From the NCBI GenBank assembly GCA_028710695.1, contig JAQTTP010000004.1, positions 57,102-89,101 of the forward strand: a DNA stretch of 32,000 nt, given 5' to 3'. A program made the translations under genes and the position numbers. The notes beneath the pieces are model-generated. The model worked only from the letters and a program-made list of their open reading frames with translations. It had not been told where the DNA came from and did not search any database. Of this stretch, positions 17,925 to 26,891 are shown one piece after another; the stretch's first letter is position 1, and each line of letters opens with the position of its first letter. This stretch comes from Candidatus Iainarchaeum sp. GTDB lineage: Archaea; Iainarchaeota; Iainarchaeia; Iainarchaeales; 0-14-0-20-30-16.

Positions 17925-18040
17925 TGTAAACGGCCATAGCGGCAGGGAAACACCCGGTCCCATTCCGAACCCGGAAGTTAAGCTTGCCAGCGGCAGTACG
18001 TACTGCGTAGACGCGCGGGAACAGTTGCACGCTGTTTACA
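17925..18040 (+). rRNA. 5S ribosomal RNA (archaeal type), stand-alone
   Basis: GGCCATAGCGGCAGGGAAACACCCGGTCCCATTCCGAACCCGGAAGTTAAGC matches the conserved 5S core. Terminal helix I forms between TGTAAACGGC (17925-17934) and GCTGTTTACA (18031-18040). The segment is GC-rich against an AT-rich background. Confidence 0.9.
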
Positions 18041-18043
18041 TCC

Positions 18044-18066
18044 TTATTTTTAAATTGTTTTTTTAT
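18044..18066 (+). terminator. Oligo-T termination tract after the 5S rRNA
   Basis: TTATTTTTAAATTGTTTTTTT follows immediately after the 5S 3' end; archaeal RNAP terminates at T-runs. Confidence 0.4.
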
Positions 18067-18076
18067 ATCTTCTTTT

Positions 18077-18481
18077 ATGCAATATAATGTAATAGTAGTT
18101 GTTGGTATTGTTGAAAATAATGGGCAAATCCTTATTGGTAAAAAAGCACCTACTCCTGGGCACAGATTAGATGGTGCTTGGCATATCCCTGGTGGCCGAT
18201 TACACAAGGACGAGACCGAAGAACTGGCTTTAATTAGGGAAATTAGGGAAGAGGCAGGATTAGATATAATTGTTAAAGATTTTATTGACGAAATTATCTT
18301 TGAAAATGGTAAAGTCCTTATTAGATGGTATCACTGTTCATCCGAAAATTGCAATCCGATTCCTGGCGATGACCTTGTCGAAGCGAAATTTGTCCCTAAA
18401 TCAGATATTCTGAAAGTTTTAGACCAACGTGCAATATCTTCTTTTCCGCCAAAGGTTTTAGAATATTTTTTGTTATTATAA
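18077..18481 (+). CDS. Nudix hydrolase (MutT-like)
   Basis: Nudix box GGRLHKDETEELALIREIREEAGLDI (G-x5-E-x7-REUxEExGU). Confidence 0.85.
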   Translation: MQYNVIVVVGIVENNGQILIGKKAPTPGHRLDGAWHIPGGRLHKDETEELALIREIREEAGLDIIVKDFIDEIIFENGKVLIRWYHCSSENCNPIPGDDLVEAKFVPKSDILKVLDQRAISSFPPKVLEYFLLL

Positions 18482-19219
18482 TTCTTCAAGAGCTTCTTTC
18501 TCAGATTCGTGAAGCTTTCCAGGGATTACTAGGCAGCAGATGCTGTCTTTAGGATACTTTGCTTTTGCAATCTTTTCTAATTCTTTGTATTCTACAATCT
18601 GGCTCTTTCCCATTGCATTGCAGATTACTATTGCCTTCCCTAGTTTTATCTCGCGCTCTTTGGCAATATCTAAAAGGATCTTTGTTGCTTCTGATGGAGA
18701 CATGAAATAGTTTTGTTCTTTCTTGATGTCCAAAAGTAAGATTGTGTGTAATCCAAGTTCTTGGTTCTTTAAAAAGTAGTCAAAGAAGCTCTTTGGGAAA
18801 TAATTCTTTTCTGGCCGTACAATACTTATGGTTCTTCCAAACTTGTACTCTTGTAAGCCAGTTAACATAGGGATTACTGAGAAAATGCTTATTCCCGGAA
18901 TAACCTTTACCTTAATCTTTCTGTCTTTTGCTGTTTGGATTATTTCGGAATGAGTTGTAGCAGAGGTTATATTTCCATATATACATAACGCAGTATCTTT
19001 AGTCTTTGCATGAGTGAGGAAGGGTTTTATCTCTTCTACTTCCTCTCGCGAAAGGGGAATTACCTTCTTTCCTATGATTTTTTCAAGACTTTTTTGAGAT
19101 CCTTCAGAGTATTTACTGGTGTAATCCTCTAGATACACGCTTTTACAGCCTTTTAAGGCCTCTAGGGCCTCTAAAGTAAGTTCCTTTGGGTTTAGACCTA
19201 ATCCTATTAAATAAAGCAT
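18476..19219 (-). CDS. dphB: Diphthine synthase (diphthamide biosynthesis methyltransferase)
   Basis: N-terminal MLYLIGLGLNPKELTLEALEALKGCKSVYLEDYTS and the tetrapyrrole-methylase-fold pattern (GNITSATTH, VIPGISI). Length about 250 aa. Confidence 0.9.
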   Translation of the reverse strand: MLYLIGLGLNPKELTLEALEALKGCKSVYLEDYTSKYSEGSQKSLEKIIGKKVIPLSREEVEEIKPFLTHAKTKDTALCIYGNITSATTHSEIIQTAKDRKIKVKVIPGISIFSVIPMLTGLQEYKFGRTISIVRPEKNYFPKSFFDYFLKNQELGLHTILLLDIKKEQNYFMSPSEATKILLDIAKEREIKLGKAIVICNAMGKSQIVEYKELEKIAKAKYPKDSICCLVIPGKLHESEKEALEEL

Positions 19220-19238
19220 ATTTTCACCTTGAAATCCA

Positions 19239-20108
19239 CTACAAATTCAGTCCTATACTGAATAAATCCCTTATTCCTGTTGCAAATCCAATAATACTTA
19301 TTATTATTCTAACAAAATTAAGGATATTCCTGTTTTTTGCGTTGATCGATTTTTCTATTAAAACCATAATGATAATTGCTAATAAAATCTTTACTATTGG
19401 AAAAGCCCAAACCCCAATATTTAGAATAACCCAATTACTTAAAACATGCTTTTCCCCAAATCCGAAAAAGGCAATTGCAAAGAAGGTGGCAAAGCCATCA
19501 AAAGCCTGGCTTGTTATTAGAGCAATATTTAGTTTTTCTTTAATCCATTCTGGCTTGATCTTGTAGATTATAAAAGTAATTATGCTGGAAACAACAATAA
19601 TTGCTAGTAAGGTGATGAAAAAATGCCCTGGTTCTGTAAGTAGTAAGAGATATGCCAGCAGAATAGTTCCGGCTATTGTATAGCCAATTGCTTTGAAATA
19701 AAACAAGGTTTTTTCTTTTCCAAAAACCCAACAGAGATGTAGTAAAAATAATGTTCCAAAAAACATAACTATGTATATTCCTGGAGTAACAAACCAGAAA
19801 CCCCAAGATAAAGGATCTATTGATGTTGAAACAAGCTTTATTGCAGAGTATGGCTCTTCAGCTACTCTTAATAGGGCGCCAATTAAGATATAAGGGAAAA
19901 TGGATACTAACATATCGAAATTTAGCCAGCCTCGCTTCTTGAAATATGGGTATACTACTCCAAAGCAAAATAGGAGTAAAAGTCCAATATAAGTTATTGT
20001 ACTAACCATAGTGTAGGAATCGCTTATTTGTGGAGCAATGAAATAATCATAGAAAAAACTCATTTTGATCCCTAAATAAAACAACATATTTTTTTGGGTC
20101 TGAAACAA
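19239..20108 (-). CDS. Polytopic integral membrane protein (DUF63-like archaeal membrane protein)
   Basis: About 7-8 hydrophobic segments. The N-terminal FFYDYFIAPQISDSYTMVSTITY resembles the DUF63 N-terminus as I recall it (low certainty). The probable start is the Met at 20063 (MSFFYDYF...). Confidence 0.6.
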   Translation of the reverse strand: MFQTQKNMLFYLGIKMSFFYDYFIAPQISDSYTMVSTITYIGLLLLFCFGVVYPYFKKRGWLNFDMLVSIFPYILIGALLRVAEEPYSAIKLVSTSIDPLSWGFWFVTPGIYIVMFFGTLFLLHLCWVFGKEKTLFYFKAIGYTIAGTILLAYLLLLTEPGHFFITLLAIIVVSSIITFIIYKIKPEWIKEKLNIALITSQAFDGFATFFAIAFFGFGEKHVLSNWVILNIGVWAFPIVKILLAIIIMVLIEKSINAKNRNILNFVRIIISIIGFATGIRDLFSIGLNL

Positions 20109-20186
20109 TTTTGTATCTAAAATTGCTTTCTTACCCTAATATTATATACTTTTAGTATAAATATATATAAGGTAGGAGGTGTCCTT

Positions 20187-20951
20187 ATGGAAGTAGGCAC
20201 AAAGCACTATTATGTGTTATTTATAGTACTAATAATTCTTGTTGCTTTAATTGGCACAATGTCAATGTGGGGTGGCGAGAAAAAAGATATAACTGTTTAT
20301 ACTGGTGCAGAGAATGACAAAACAATTTCAGTTAATGGCTCTGCAGATAAGAAAGTTATGCCTGATGAAGGTTATGTAAACTTTACAATTGAAACAACAA
20401 ATGACAAGGCAAAAGATGCACAGAATAAGAACGCAGAGATCTGGGATGCATTGAAATTAGAATTAGATAAAAAGAGTTATTTGAAATACGAAACATCAAA
20501 TTACTCAGTATATCCTGACCAAAAATGGAATAAGGAAACACAAGAATATGAAACAAAAGGTTACAAAGTAAGGCATTCAATAAAAATAACTTTGTCTGAC
20601 ACTTCAAAGCTTGGTGAGATAGTAGACTTGCTTGTTGGTGCAGGAGTAAATGATGTTGATTCTATATCTTTTGGATTGAAGAAAGAAACCCAAGAAACAA
20701 TAAAGGATGAGCTTTGGGCAGTAGCATTTGCTGATGCTAAAGCAGAAGCAGAAACAGTTGTTGATGCGGCAGGAGCAAATTTGACTAAGACTCCAAAGAG
20801 TATACAGATAAATAACTATAATTATTATCCGTCATATTATGAAAAAGCAGCAGGGCTGTCAATGATGGATTCTGTTGCTGCAGAGACAAGTATTTCTCCT
20901 AAGGAGTTAGAGGTTTCTGTATCTTTGAGCGTAATATTTAGTTATGAGTAG
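20187..20951 (+). CDS. SIMPL-domain (DUF541) protein with an N-terminal membrane anchor
   Basis: Strong GGAGGTG Shine-Dalgarno site (20175-20181). TM segment HYYVLFIVLIILVALIGTM. SIMPL pattern: GYVNFTIETTNDKAKDAQNKNAE..., KGYKVRHSIKITLSD, GVNDVDSISFGL, ...DAKAEAE. Confidence 0.8.
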   Translation: MEVGTKHYYVLFIVLIILVALIGTMSMWGGEKKDITVYTGAENDKTISVNGSADKKVMPDEGYVNFTIETTNDKAKDAQNKNAEIWDALKLELDKKSYLKYETSNYSVYPDQKWNKETQEYETKGYKVRHSIKITLSDTSKLGEIVDLLVGAGVNDVDSISFGLKKETQETIKDELWAVAFADAKAEAETVVDAAGANLTKTPKSIQINNYNYYPSYYEKAAGLSMMDSVAAETSISPKELEVSVSLSVIFSYE

Positions 20952-21855
20952 GGGAAACCCTCCTTCTTTTTATTCTTTTATTTCTTTTTATATATTTATG
21001 ATATCACAGAAACCAAAGCTTACTTTGCCATTAAAGGAAACTCTAAAGAAAATACTAACCCCTAAAGAGTTAGAAAAAGCAATTACTTCTTATGATACTT
21101 TGGGAGACATTGCAATTATAAAAATTCCAGATGAACTTCTGAAAAAAGAGAAAAAGATTGCACAAGCTTTAATGGCTTCGAATTCTAAAATAAAAACAGT
21201 TGTGAAAACAGATAGTATTCACGCAGGAAAGTATAGAACCCAAAAAGTGAAATACCTTGCTGGTAAAAAGACCTTTTTGACTTTTGTTAAAGAGTCCGGG
21301 TGCGTGTTTAAAATAAGAGTTAGTGATAGCTTTTTTTCTTCTAGGCTGAGCTTTGAAAGAACAAGAAATGCTCAGAATGTGAAACCTGGAGAAGATGTCT
21401 GTGTTTTCTTTTCTGGGGTTGCTCCGTTCTCAATAGTTATTGCAAAAAACTCTAAAGCAAAGAAAGTAGTGTCTGTAGAATTGAATCCTAAGGCACACAA
21501 ATATGCATTGGAGAACATAAAGCTAAATAAGGTGGAAGATAGAGTAATAGCCATAAAGGATGATGTGAAAAAGTATGCTCTAAAAACAAAAGACAAATTC
21601 GATAGGATAATTATGCCTCTTCCAAAAGATGCACATTTATTCTTTGATTCTGCCTTAAAGGTTGCGAAGAAGGACTGTATAATTACTCTTTATAACTTTG
21701 TTCCTAAGGATAATCCTTATACTGAATTAGAAAAAACAATTAAGGGAATTGCAAAGCAAGAAGGCAGAAAGATAAAGATTGAGTTTAAGAGGCAGGTAAG
21801 AGATTTCTCTCCTGCTGTGATACAAGTAGTGTTGGATATTAAAGTGTTGAATTAG
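20944..21855 (+). CDS. trm5: tRNA (guanine37-N1)-methyltransferase Trm5 family (Met-10+ like class I SAM methyltransferase)
   Basis: Has YDTLGDIAIIKIPDELLKKEKKIAQAL, FFSSRLSFERTR, GEDVCVFFSGVAPFSIVIAK and VSVELNPKAHKYALENIKLNKV. The real start is probably the ATG at 20998 (MISQKPKL), just after a TATA-like TTTTTATATATTT. Confidence 0.8.
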   Translation: MSRGNPPSFYSFISFYIFMISQKPKLTLPLKETLKKILTPKELEKAITSYDTLGDIAIIKIPDELLKKEKKIAQALMASNSKIKTVVKTDSIHAGKYRTQKVKYLAGKKTFLTFVKESGCVFKIRVSDSFFSSRLSFERTRNAQNVKPGEDVCVFFSGVAPFSIVIAKNSKAKKVVSVELNPKAHKYALENIKLNKVEDRVIAIKDDVKKYALKTKDKFDRIIMPLPKDAHLFFDSALKVAKKDCIITLYNFVPKDNPYTELEKTIKGIAKQEGRKIKIEFKRQVRDFSPAVIQVVLDIKVLN

Positions 21856-21858
21856 GTT

Positions 21859-23016
21859 GTGATATTTGTGGGAAAGTGGAAGCCAGAGTTGTGGACAACA
21901 TATAGGGGAAATAATACATACCCAATCTATAACTGGTTCTATTTTACTGAAGCTTATTCAAGAGGGATTGTAAATAAGTACATAAAGAAGTACGAGATTA
22001 AAGGAAAAGTTCTTGATCCTTTCTGTGGAACAGGAACTACTTTGCTTGTTGCAAAAGAAAATGGCCTCAAAGCTACGGGATATGACCTTTCTAAATTAAT
22101 GGCTTTGGTAAGTAAAGCAAAAACACAAGAGTATGATATTGAAAAACTAGAAAGCCAAGTTGTAGAGTTTTTTGGTTTGGAAAAAAAGAAACAAGAGGTT
22201 AAAGTTCCAGATTGGATAAAGCAATATTTCCATAAAGAAGTGCTTGATTCTCTATTGGAATTAAAAGAAAGAATTAATACTTATAATACAGAATACAAGG
22301 AATTCTTCCTATTGGTCCTTATGCGAACTTTGGATACAGTATCTAAAGCTAAGAAGGTTGGAAAGTCTCTGCAGAAGAGGGTTGTACCGATTTTCAATGT
22401 TTATGCTGTTTATGAGAAGTTGGCAAAAGCAATGATAAAGGATTTGAAGAGAGCAGAACGTAAGAAATTGTTTAGTGGGGCTGCTGAGGTTTACAATAAT
22501 TCAATGTATGAAATCCCCGAAAATAAAAAGTATGATTTGATTATTACTAGCCCGCCTTACTTGAACAAAACAGAATATACTAAAAGATTTGGGATTGAAC
22601 TTTGGTTCTTGGGTGAAGAAACCTATTTGCAGGGTTTAGGGAATGAAAAAGAGCAGAAGCAGAACAAAGAGTGTTTATTTTATACCACTTACTTTGCAGA
22701 TATCTTGGACAAGATCCGGGATGGTTCCGAGCACAAGATGGTAAATTATAGTGTTGATAATTATTTCTCAGGGCTTGAAGCTTTCTTTAAGAAAAGTTAT
22801 TCCTTGCTAAATAAAGGTGGGCTTTTGGTAGTGGTTATTGCTGGCGGCTGTTTTAAGAACTATGCTGTTGATATTTACGATTATGTTTGCAAGCTTTCTG
22901 ATAATTTAGGCTTTAAGTTCGTTGAGAGCGAAGTAAATAGAGAGCTAATTTGTCATAAGAATAGAACTCAAAAGATCGGAAAAGTAAAAGAGTTTACAAT
23001 TGTGCTGAAAAAATAA
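21859..23016 (+). CDS. Amino-methyltransferase (N6-adenine/N4-cytosine type, SPPY catalytic motif); no partner nuclease, so DNA versus RNA substrate is unresolved
   Basis: Motif I DPFCGTGTT (22015-22041) precedes motif IV SPPY (22549-22560) by about 170 aa. GTG start 3 nt after the trm5 stop. Confidence 0.7.
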   Translation: MIFVGKWKPELWTTYRGNNTYPIYNWFYFTEAYSRGIVNKYIKKYEIKGKVLDPFCGTGTTLLVAKENGLKATGYDLSKLMALVSKAKTQEYDIEKLESQVVEFFGLEKKKQEVKVPDWIKQYFHKEVLDSLLELKERINTYNTEYKEFFLLVLMRTLDTVSKAKKVGKSLQKRVVPIFNVYAVYEKLAKAMIKDLKRAERKKLFSGAAEVYNNSMYEIPENKKYDLIITSPPYLNKTEYTKRFGIELWFLGEETYLQGLGNEKEQKQNKECLFYTTYFADILDKIRDGSEHKMVNYSVDNYFSGLEAFFKKSYSLLNKGGLLVVVIAGGCFKNYAVDIYDYVCKLSDNLGFKFVESEVNRELICHKNRTQKIGKVKEFTIVLKK

Positions 23017-23041
23017 TAAAAAAATAAGATGTGTTTCTAAT

Positions 23042-23398
23042 CTACTTCTTTTGGTATTTAGAAACAAGGTCGAAGATTTCTTTTTGCTTTGCTTCAGGGC
23101 ATTCAAATCTCTTTGATAGGATTGCTTCTAAGATTTCCTTTTCTTTAGGCATTACGTTTACTATGTTTACTGCAACGTTCTTTGGGGCGCCTAATTCTAC
23201 TAGCTCTTTTATTAGCTTTTCAGAATCTTTCTTGTTTAGTTTTTCAAAAGTTGAAACATATTTAAGAGTAGTTTCTTGTTCATAAATTGGTTCTTTTTCT
23301 ACTTCTTTTTTTTCTTTTATTACTTTCTCAATCAATTCCTTTGCTTCTGCAAAAGAAATTGGCTCTTTAGTTTCAACATGTTTAGGCATTAGAATCAC
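23042..23398 (-). CDS. rpoF: DNA-directed RNA polymerase subunit F (Rpo4)
   Basis: ISFAEAKELIEK ... YEQETTLKYVSTFEKLNKKDSEKLIKELVELG ... AVNIVNVMPKEKEILEAILSK is collinear with archaeal RpoF. It has the conserved position immediately downstream of rpl21e. Confidence 0.85.
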   Translation of the reverse strand: MILMPKHVETKEPISFAEAKELIEKVIKEKKEVEKEPIYEQETTLKYVSTFEKLNKKDSEKLIKELVELGAPKNVAVNIVNVMPKEKEILEAILSKRFECPEAKQKEIFDLVSKYQKK

Positions 23399-23399
23399 T

Positions 23400-23705
23400 T
23401 TAGTCCTTTACTTCTTTTAGGTGCTCTATATCTACAATAATTGTTTTCTTAAGTCTTGGAAAGCTAAGCATATAACTTGCTTGTCCTACTTTCTCGTCAA
23501 CTGTTCCGATTTTTCCTAAGAATCTTCTTGCAGGCATACCTTTTTGGTATCTTCCATTTGCTTTTACAACTACTTTGGAACCGACACTTAATTCTTTTAG
23601 TCTTTGTTCTACAGTTAATTTCTTTCCTTTAAAACTATCTCTTGTATTAGCCATTGGGCCTTTTGGTTTCTTATTTGCCATTGAATCACACTCATTATTT
23701 TTCAA
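23400..23705 (-). CDS. rpl21e: 50S ribosomal protein L21e
   Basis: TRDSFKGKK ... GSKVVVKANGRYQKGMPARRFLGKIGTVDEKVGQASYM is an L21e pattern. The likely start is the Met at 23681 (MANKKPKG). Confidence 0.9.
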   Translation of the reverse strand: MKNNECDSMANKKPKGPMANTRDSFKGKKLTVEQRLKELSVGSKVVVKANGRYQKGMPARRFLGKIGTVDEKVGQASYMLSFPRLKKTIIVDIEHLKEVKD

Positions 23706-23822
23706 TTACTTATAGGAATATTTTTATTAGTTAATACTTATAAATATAAGTTAAAAGATTAAATACAGAAGTATGAAAATGTATATAAAGATATACTAGG
23801 CCCAAAGGCAGATTGTGATTAT

Positions 23823-25505
23823 ATGGATATATTTAAGATAGTAGTGACGACAATTGTGGCTTTAGTTATAATTGCCTTGATTTATACCTTCTTTATAGCT
23901 CCGAAGCCGGTTCCTGAAGAAGAATTAGCAAATAAACTGCTTTTGGCTTATAATAATCCAGGAACTTTTGTAAAAGGAGAAGTAACCTTATCTGAAACAT
24001 TAAACTACTACCAAATAAAGGACCATTTGCCTTCACAGCTTGAAATTGTGTATAATTATTATTCTTTAGTTCCAGATTTGAACATAATAACCTTATCTCC
24101 TGTTCCAAGTATTGATTTGTATAAAAAGTTGTCTATAAAGCCCCAGAAAAACAAAGATTACAAGTTTTCAACCATTTGTTATCCTTCTTTCTTGAGTTTT
24201 GACGAGCAAAGTGGGGGGGAAATGTACTGTTTGATAATATTTGGGCTTGAGAAAGATGACTCTAAAGCTCCAACTGTGGACTTTTCGATGGAAAATACAA
24301 TTTATGATTATAATCTATTTGAAAATTATTCTTTACAAGCAAAAGACTTTTTTAATTTAGATACCAAGAAAGAACTATATTTATTAGTAAACGACAGCCC
24401 AGAATACATAGAAACCTTTGATATTGGAGACCTTTACAACAACAAAGACTTTTTTACAGGTATTGATTTGAACGCACAAGGAAAAACAGAAGTGTCTTTT
24501 GCTTTTGAGAATGTTGGAAACTATTATGCTCTTTTGTATTATTCCTGTCCTGAGCTAGTTCAAAATCTGGGTCAAATAAGAGATAACATAATTACTAATT
24601 TTCCTTTGTGTAATCTTTATACACAAGACCTGGTTTTAAAAGTAAAATCAGATTATGGGTCTTTATCTAAAACCTGTGTTGCAACAACAGCATTGGGTGA
24701 GAATGAATATAATTTTTCTGAAGGGGTTTGTATTAAGAAATTTGGCTGTAGCAACTGCTTAGCGCCATCTATGTGTGCAGAGGCCTGGCATAAGAAAGAC
24801 AACAAAGAATATATTTCTTATAAGCAAGATGTTGCTTTGAGTAATGAGGTAATGTCTTATGATGAGTGTGTTGGTGGAACTAGCTCAAATAATAGTTCTT
24901 TAATTAATGTGCCAACCACTCCGCCAGCTACAAATCTAAATCTTGAAATAGATTCCTCTTTTTTGAATAAAGTGCAAAAGTTTGGTGGAAAAAGAAATGG
25001 ATATAACTTTATTGTGATTCATGATGGTGGAACTTGGGGTACCTCAACTTCAGGGCAAGCAGTAAATAGTGTTATAAATATGTGGAACAACGGAAACACG
25101 TCTACTCATTTTTATATCTCTTGTGAAGGAAAGATATTTGAGTTTTTGGACCCCGTCAATGTGGCTTGGCATGCGGGCTGTAATGATGGATTTATAAAAA
25201 ATGTAAATGCTTATTCAATTGGAATTGATTTGAGAAATTGTGAGAAGTTTACTTCTGGGCATTATACTTCAGAACAAATGCAAAGTTTAAGTAGTCTTTT
25301 AAATTCACTGTCTTCTCAATATGGTATTCCCCTTTCAGACAAATCAGTAATTGGCCATTTTGAAGTTGGATGTCACGATGATCCTTATACTGACTTCTCC
25401 TGGACTTCCTTGCCTGGAATTACAGTAAACCACAGAACAAGTTCCTATTATTATAATAAAGGAAATCAAGAAGCATCGGCTTGGGTTGCACAGATGTTTT
25501 CATAA
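23823..25505 (+). CDS. Membrane-anchored N-acetylmuramoyl-L-alanine amidase (Amidase_2/PGRP fold) with a ~350-aa uncharacterised middle region
   Basis: N-terminal TM segment IVVTTIVALVIIALIYTFFIA. The C-terminal domain (about nt 24990-25400) reads YNFIVIHDGG ... STHFYISCEGKIFEFLDPVNVAWHAGCN ... NAYSIGIDL ... VIGHFEVGCHDDPYTDFSW. This is collinear with the AmpD/T7-lysozyme pattern and keeps the H/H/D zinc ligands. Confidence 0.85.
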   Translation: MDIFKIVVTTIVALVIIALIYTFFIAPKPVPEEELANKLLLAYNNPGTFVKGEVTLSETLNYYQIKDHLPSQLEIVYNYYSLVPDLNIITLSPVPSIDLYKKLSIKPQKNKDYKFSTICYPSFLSFDEQSGGEMYCLIIFGLEKDDSKAPTVDFSMENTIYDYNLFENYSLQAKDFFNLDTKKELYLLVNDSPEYIETFDIGDLYNNKDFFTGIDLNAQGKTEVSFAFENVGNYYALLYYSCPELVQNLGQIRDNIITNFPLCNLYTQDLVLKVKSDYGSLSKTCVATTALGENEYNFSEGVCIKKFGCSNCLAPSMCAEAWHKKDNKEYISYKQDVALSNEVMSYDECVGGTSSNNSSLINVPTTPPATNLNLEIDSSFLNKVQKFGGKRNGYNFIVIHDGGTWGTSTSGQAVNSVINMWNNGNTSTHFYISCEGKIFEFLDPVNVAWHAGCNDGFIKNVNAYSIGIDLRNCEKFTSGHYTSEQMQSLSSLLNSLSSQYGIPLSDKSVIGHFEVGCHDDPYTDFSWTSLPGITVNHRTSSYYYNKGNQEASAWVAQMFS

Positions 25506-25554
25506 AGGGAATATTTATATTGTTAAGTGAGTTTTATATGTTAACAATAATTGT

Positions 25555-26169
25555 TTGAAGGTGGATGTTTTGCATATTGTTGAAAAGGCATTAACTCGTT
25601 TCTTAATAAAACTTGTTTTTTGTGTTTTACTAATCTTGTCTTTATTGTTTTTGGGATTCTTGCCTACCTTCTGGATACTTGCTGGTTTATTTGTGCTTGT
25701 ATTGATTTTAACAAAGGGAATAAAATTCCAAAAATTCCATGCAATTTTAACGAAGCTTGAAAGAGAATATGAAACTGGCTTTGCAGGAAAAGAAACTTTT
25801 ATTGTGTTGTTGGGTTTTATATTTTTCTTTTTAATTGTTTGGCTATTACAATACTTTATCGCATTCCCAGTAGAACAGATTGCAATAATTGGATTGATTC
25901 CATTAACATTTGGAAACAATTTAGTAAAGCCATTACAAACTTGGCTTAGAAACCATTTGCACTTTATTAGTCATAAGATGAGTATTGAGGGTTTTGTAAT
26001 TGCGACTTTGATTAATATCTTGGCATATTATCTTTTGTTGCCATACAATATAGTTGTTTTTATTTATCTTGCATTAATTGCAAGCCTGTTTGATATGATA
26101 CCATACATTGATAGCAACTATACAATACCTATATTTACATCATTAGCATTTTTGCTGTTTTTTATATAA
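25555..26169 (+). CDS. Polytopic membrane protein, possibly polyprenol (dolichol/phytol) kinase-like (COG0170-like)
   Basis: Hydrophobic throughout. LEREYETGFAGKETFIVLLG, HKMSIEGFV and a C-terminal DMIPYIDSNYTIPIF resemble dolichol/phytol kinase family motifs, but the central D-x-x-A-x-x-x-G motif is not evident (FGNNLVKPL). The start is uncertain (TTG at 25555). Confidence 0.45.
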   Translation: MKVDVLHIVEKALTRFLIKLVFCVLLILSLLFLGFLPTFWILAGLFVLVLILTKGIKFQKFHAILTKLEREYETGFAGKETFIVLLGFIFFFLIVWLLQYFIAFPVEQIAIIGLIPLTFGNNLVKPLQTWLRNHLHFISHKMSIEGFVIATLINILAYYLLLPYNIVVFIYLALIASLFDMIPYIDSNYTIPIFTSLAFLLFFI

Positions 26170-26189
26170 ACTATTTTATGTGATCAATT

Positions 26190-26882
26190 ATGCAAGGAAT
26201 CGTTTTATGTGGGGGCTATGGTACAAGGTTAAGACCCATTACTTATTCAGTCCCTAAACCTCTGGTAAGATTAGGCCAACATACTCTTCTTGATTATATT
26301 TTAATGAACTTAAATAATAGCAAGGTTGACAAAGTTTATCTTGCAGTATCATATCTAAAAGAAAAAATAATTTCTCATATAGACAAAGTAAAGGATAATT
26401 ACAATTTTGAAATTGATTTTTTATATGGTAATGATGGAGATGGAACTGCGGGTGCAATCCTAAATGCAAAAGATCTAATGGACGAAAACTTTTTTGTTAC
26501 TGTGGGGGATAATATAACAAATGTTAATTTTGATGATTTCTATAAACATCACGTAGAACATAAAGCTCTTGCTTCTATTGCTGCAAGAGAAGATGTAAAG
26601 AAATACGACTATGGTGTTTTAGATCTTGCAAACGATAAAGTAATTGGATTTAGAGAAAAACCAGAAACTAAGTTTATCATGAATACTGGAACCTTTTACT
26701 TTAAACACAAAATCTTTGATTATATTGAGCAAGGCGAAGATATATCTGGAGATGTTTTCCCAAAAATCTTGGCTAAAAATCAGCAGATCTATTGTTATAT
26801 GTCTGACTTCTTCTGGTATGATATTGGAACTCTAAAGAAATATAATTATTATAAAAGAAATTTGCATTACTTTAAGTTCTAA
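26190..26882 (+). CDS. Sugar-1-phosphate nucleotidyltransferase (NTP_transferase family)
   Basis: N-terminal GIVLCGGYGTRLRPITYSVPKPLV (the G-x-G-T-R-L-x-P-x-T signature); about 230 aa. Confidence 0.85.
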   Translation: MQGIVLCGGYGTRLRPITYSVPKPLVRLGQHTLLDYILMNLNNSKVDKVYLAVSYLKEKIISHIDKVKDNYNFEIDFLYGNDGDGTAGAILNAKDLMDENFFVTVGDNITNVNFDDFYKHHVEHKALASIAAREDVKKYDYGVLDLANDKVIGFREKPETKFIMNTGTFYFKHKIFDYIEQGEDISGDVFPKILAKNQQIYCYMSDFFWYDIGTLKKYNYYKRNLHYFKF

Positions 26883-26891
26883 AAGCAAGCA

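Noticed and set aside
17911-18207. 98-aa minus-strand ORF
   Set aside because: It overlaps the 5S rRNA gene and the Nudix 5' end; the open frame is a by-product of the GC-rich rRNA sequence.
18476-18481. Six-nt convergent overlap of the Nudix and dphB genes at the palindrome TTATAA, which supplies both stop codons
   Set aside because: The overlap is real, but it is best explained as ordinary genome compaction. Other convergent pairs here are 5-25 nt apart, and I see no evidence of a regulatory role.
19186-19566. 126-aa plus-strand ORF
   Set aside because: It is antisense to the 289-aa polytopic membrane protein gene and overlaps the dphB start; the open frame is hydrophobic by complementarity only.
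21859-23016. Restriction-modification or other defence system centred on the methyltransferase
   Set aside because: No nuclease, specificity, helicase or ATPase gene is adjacent. The neighbours are trm5 (same operon) and convergent rpoF, so I treat it as an orphan methyltransferase.
25515-25919. 134-aa minus-strand ORF overlapping the 25555..26169 plus-strand ORF
   Set aside because: The plus-strand product is a coherent polytopic membrane protein with family-like motifs and continues an operon with the downstream nucleotidyltransferase. The minus-strand product is K/N-rich low complexity.
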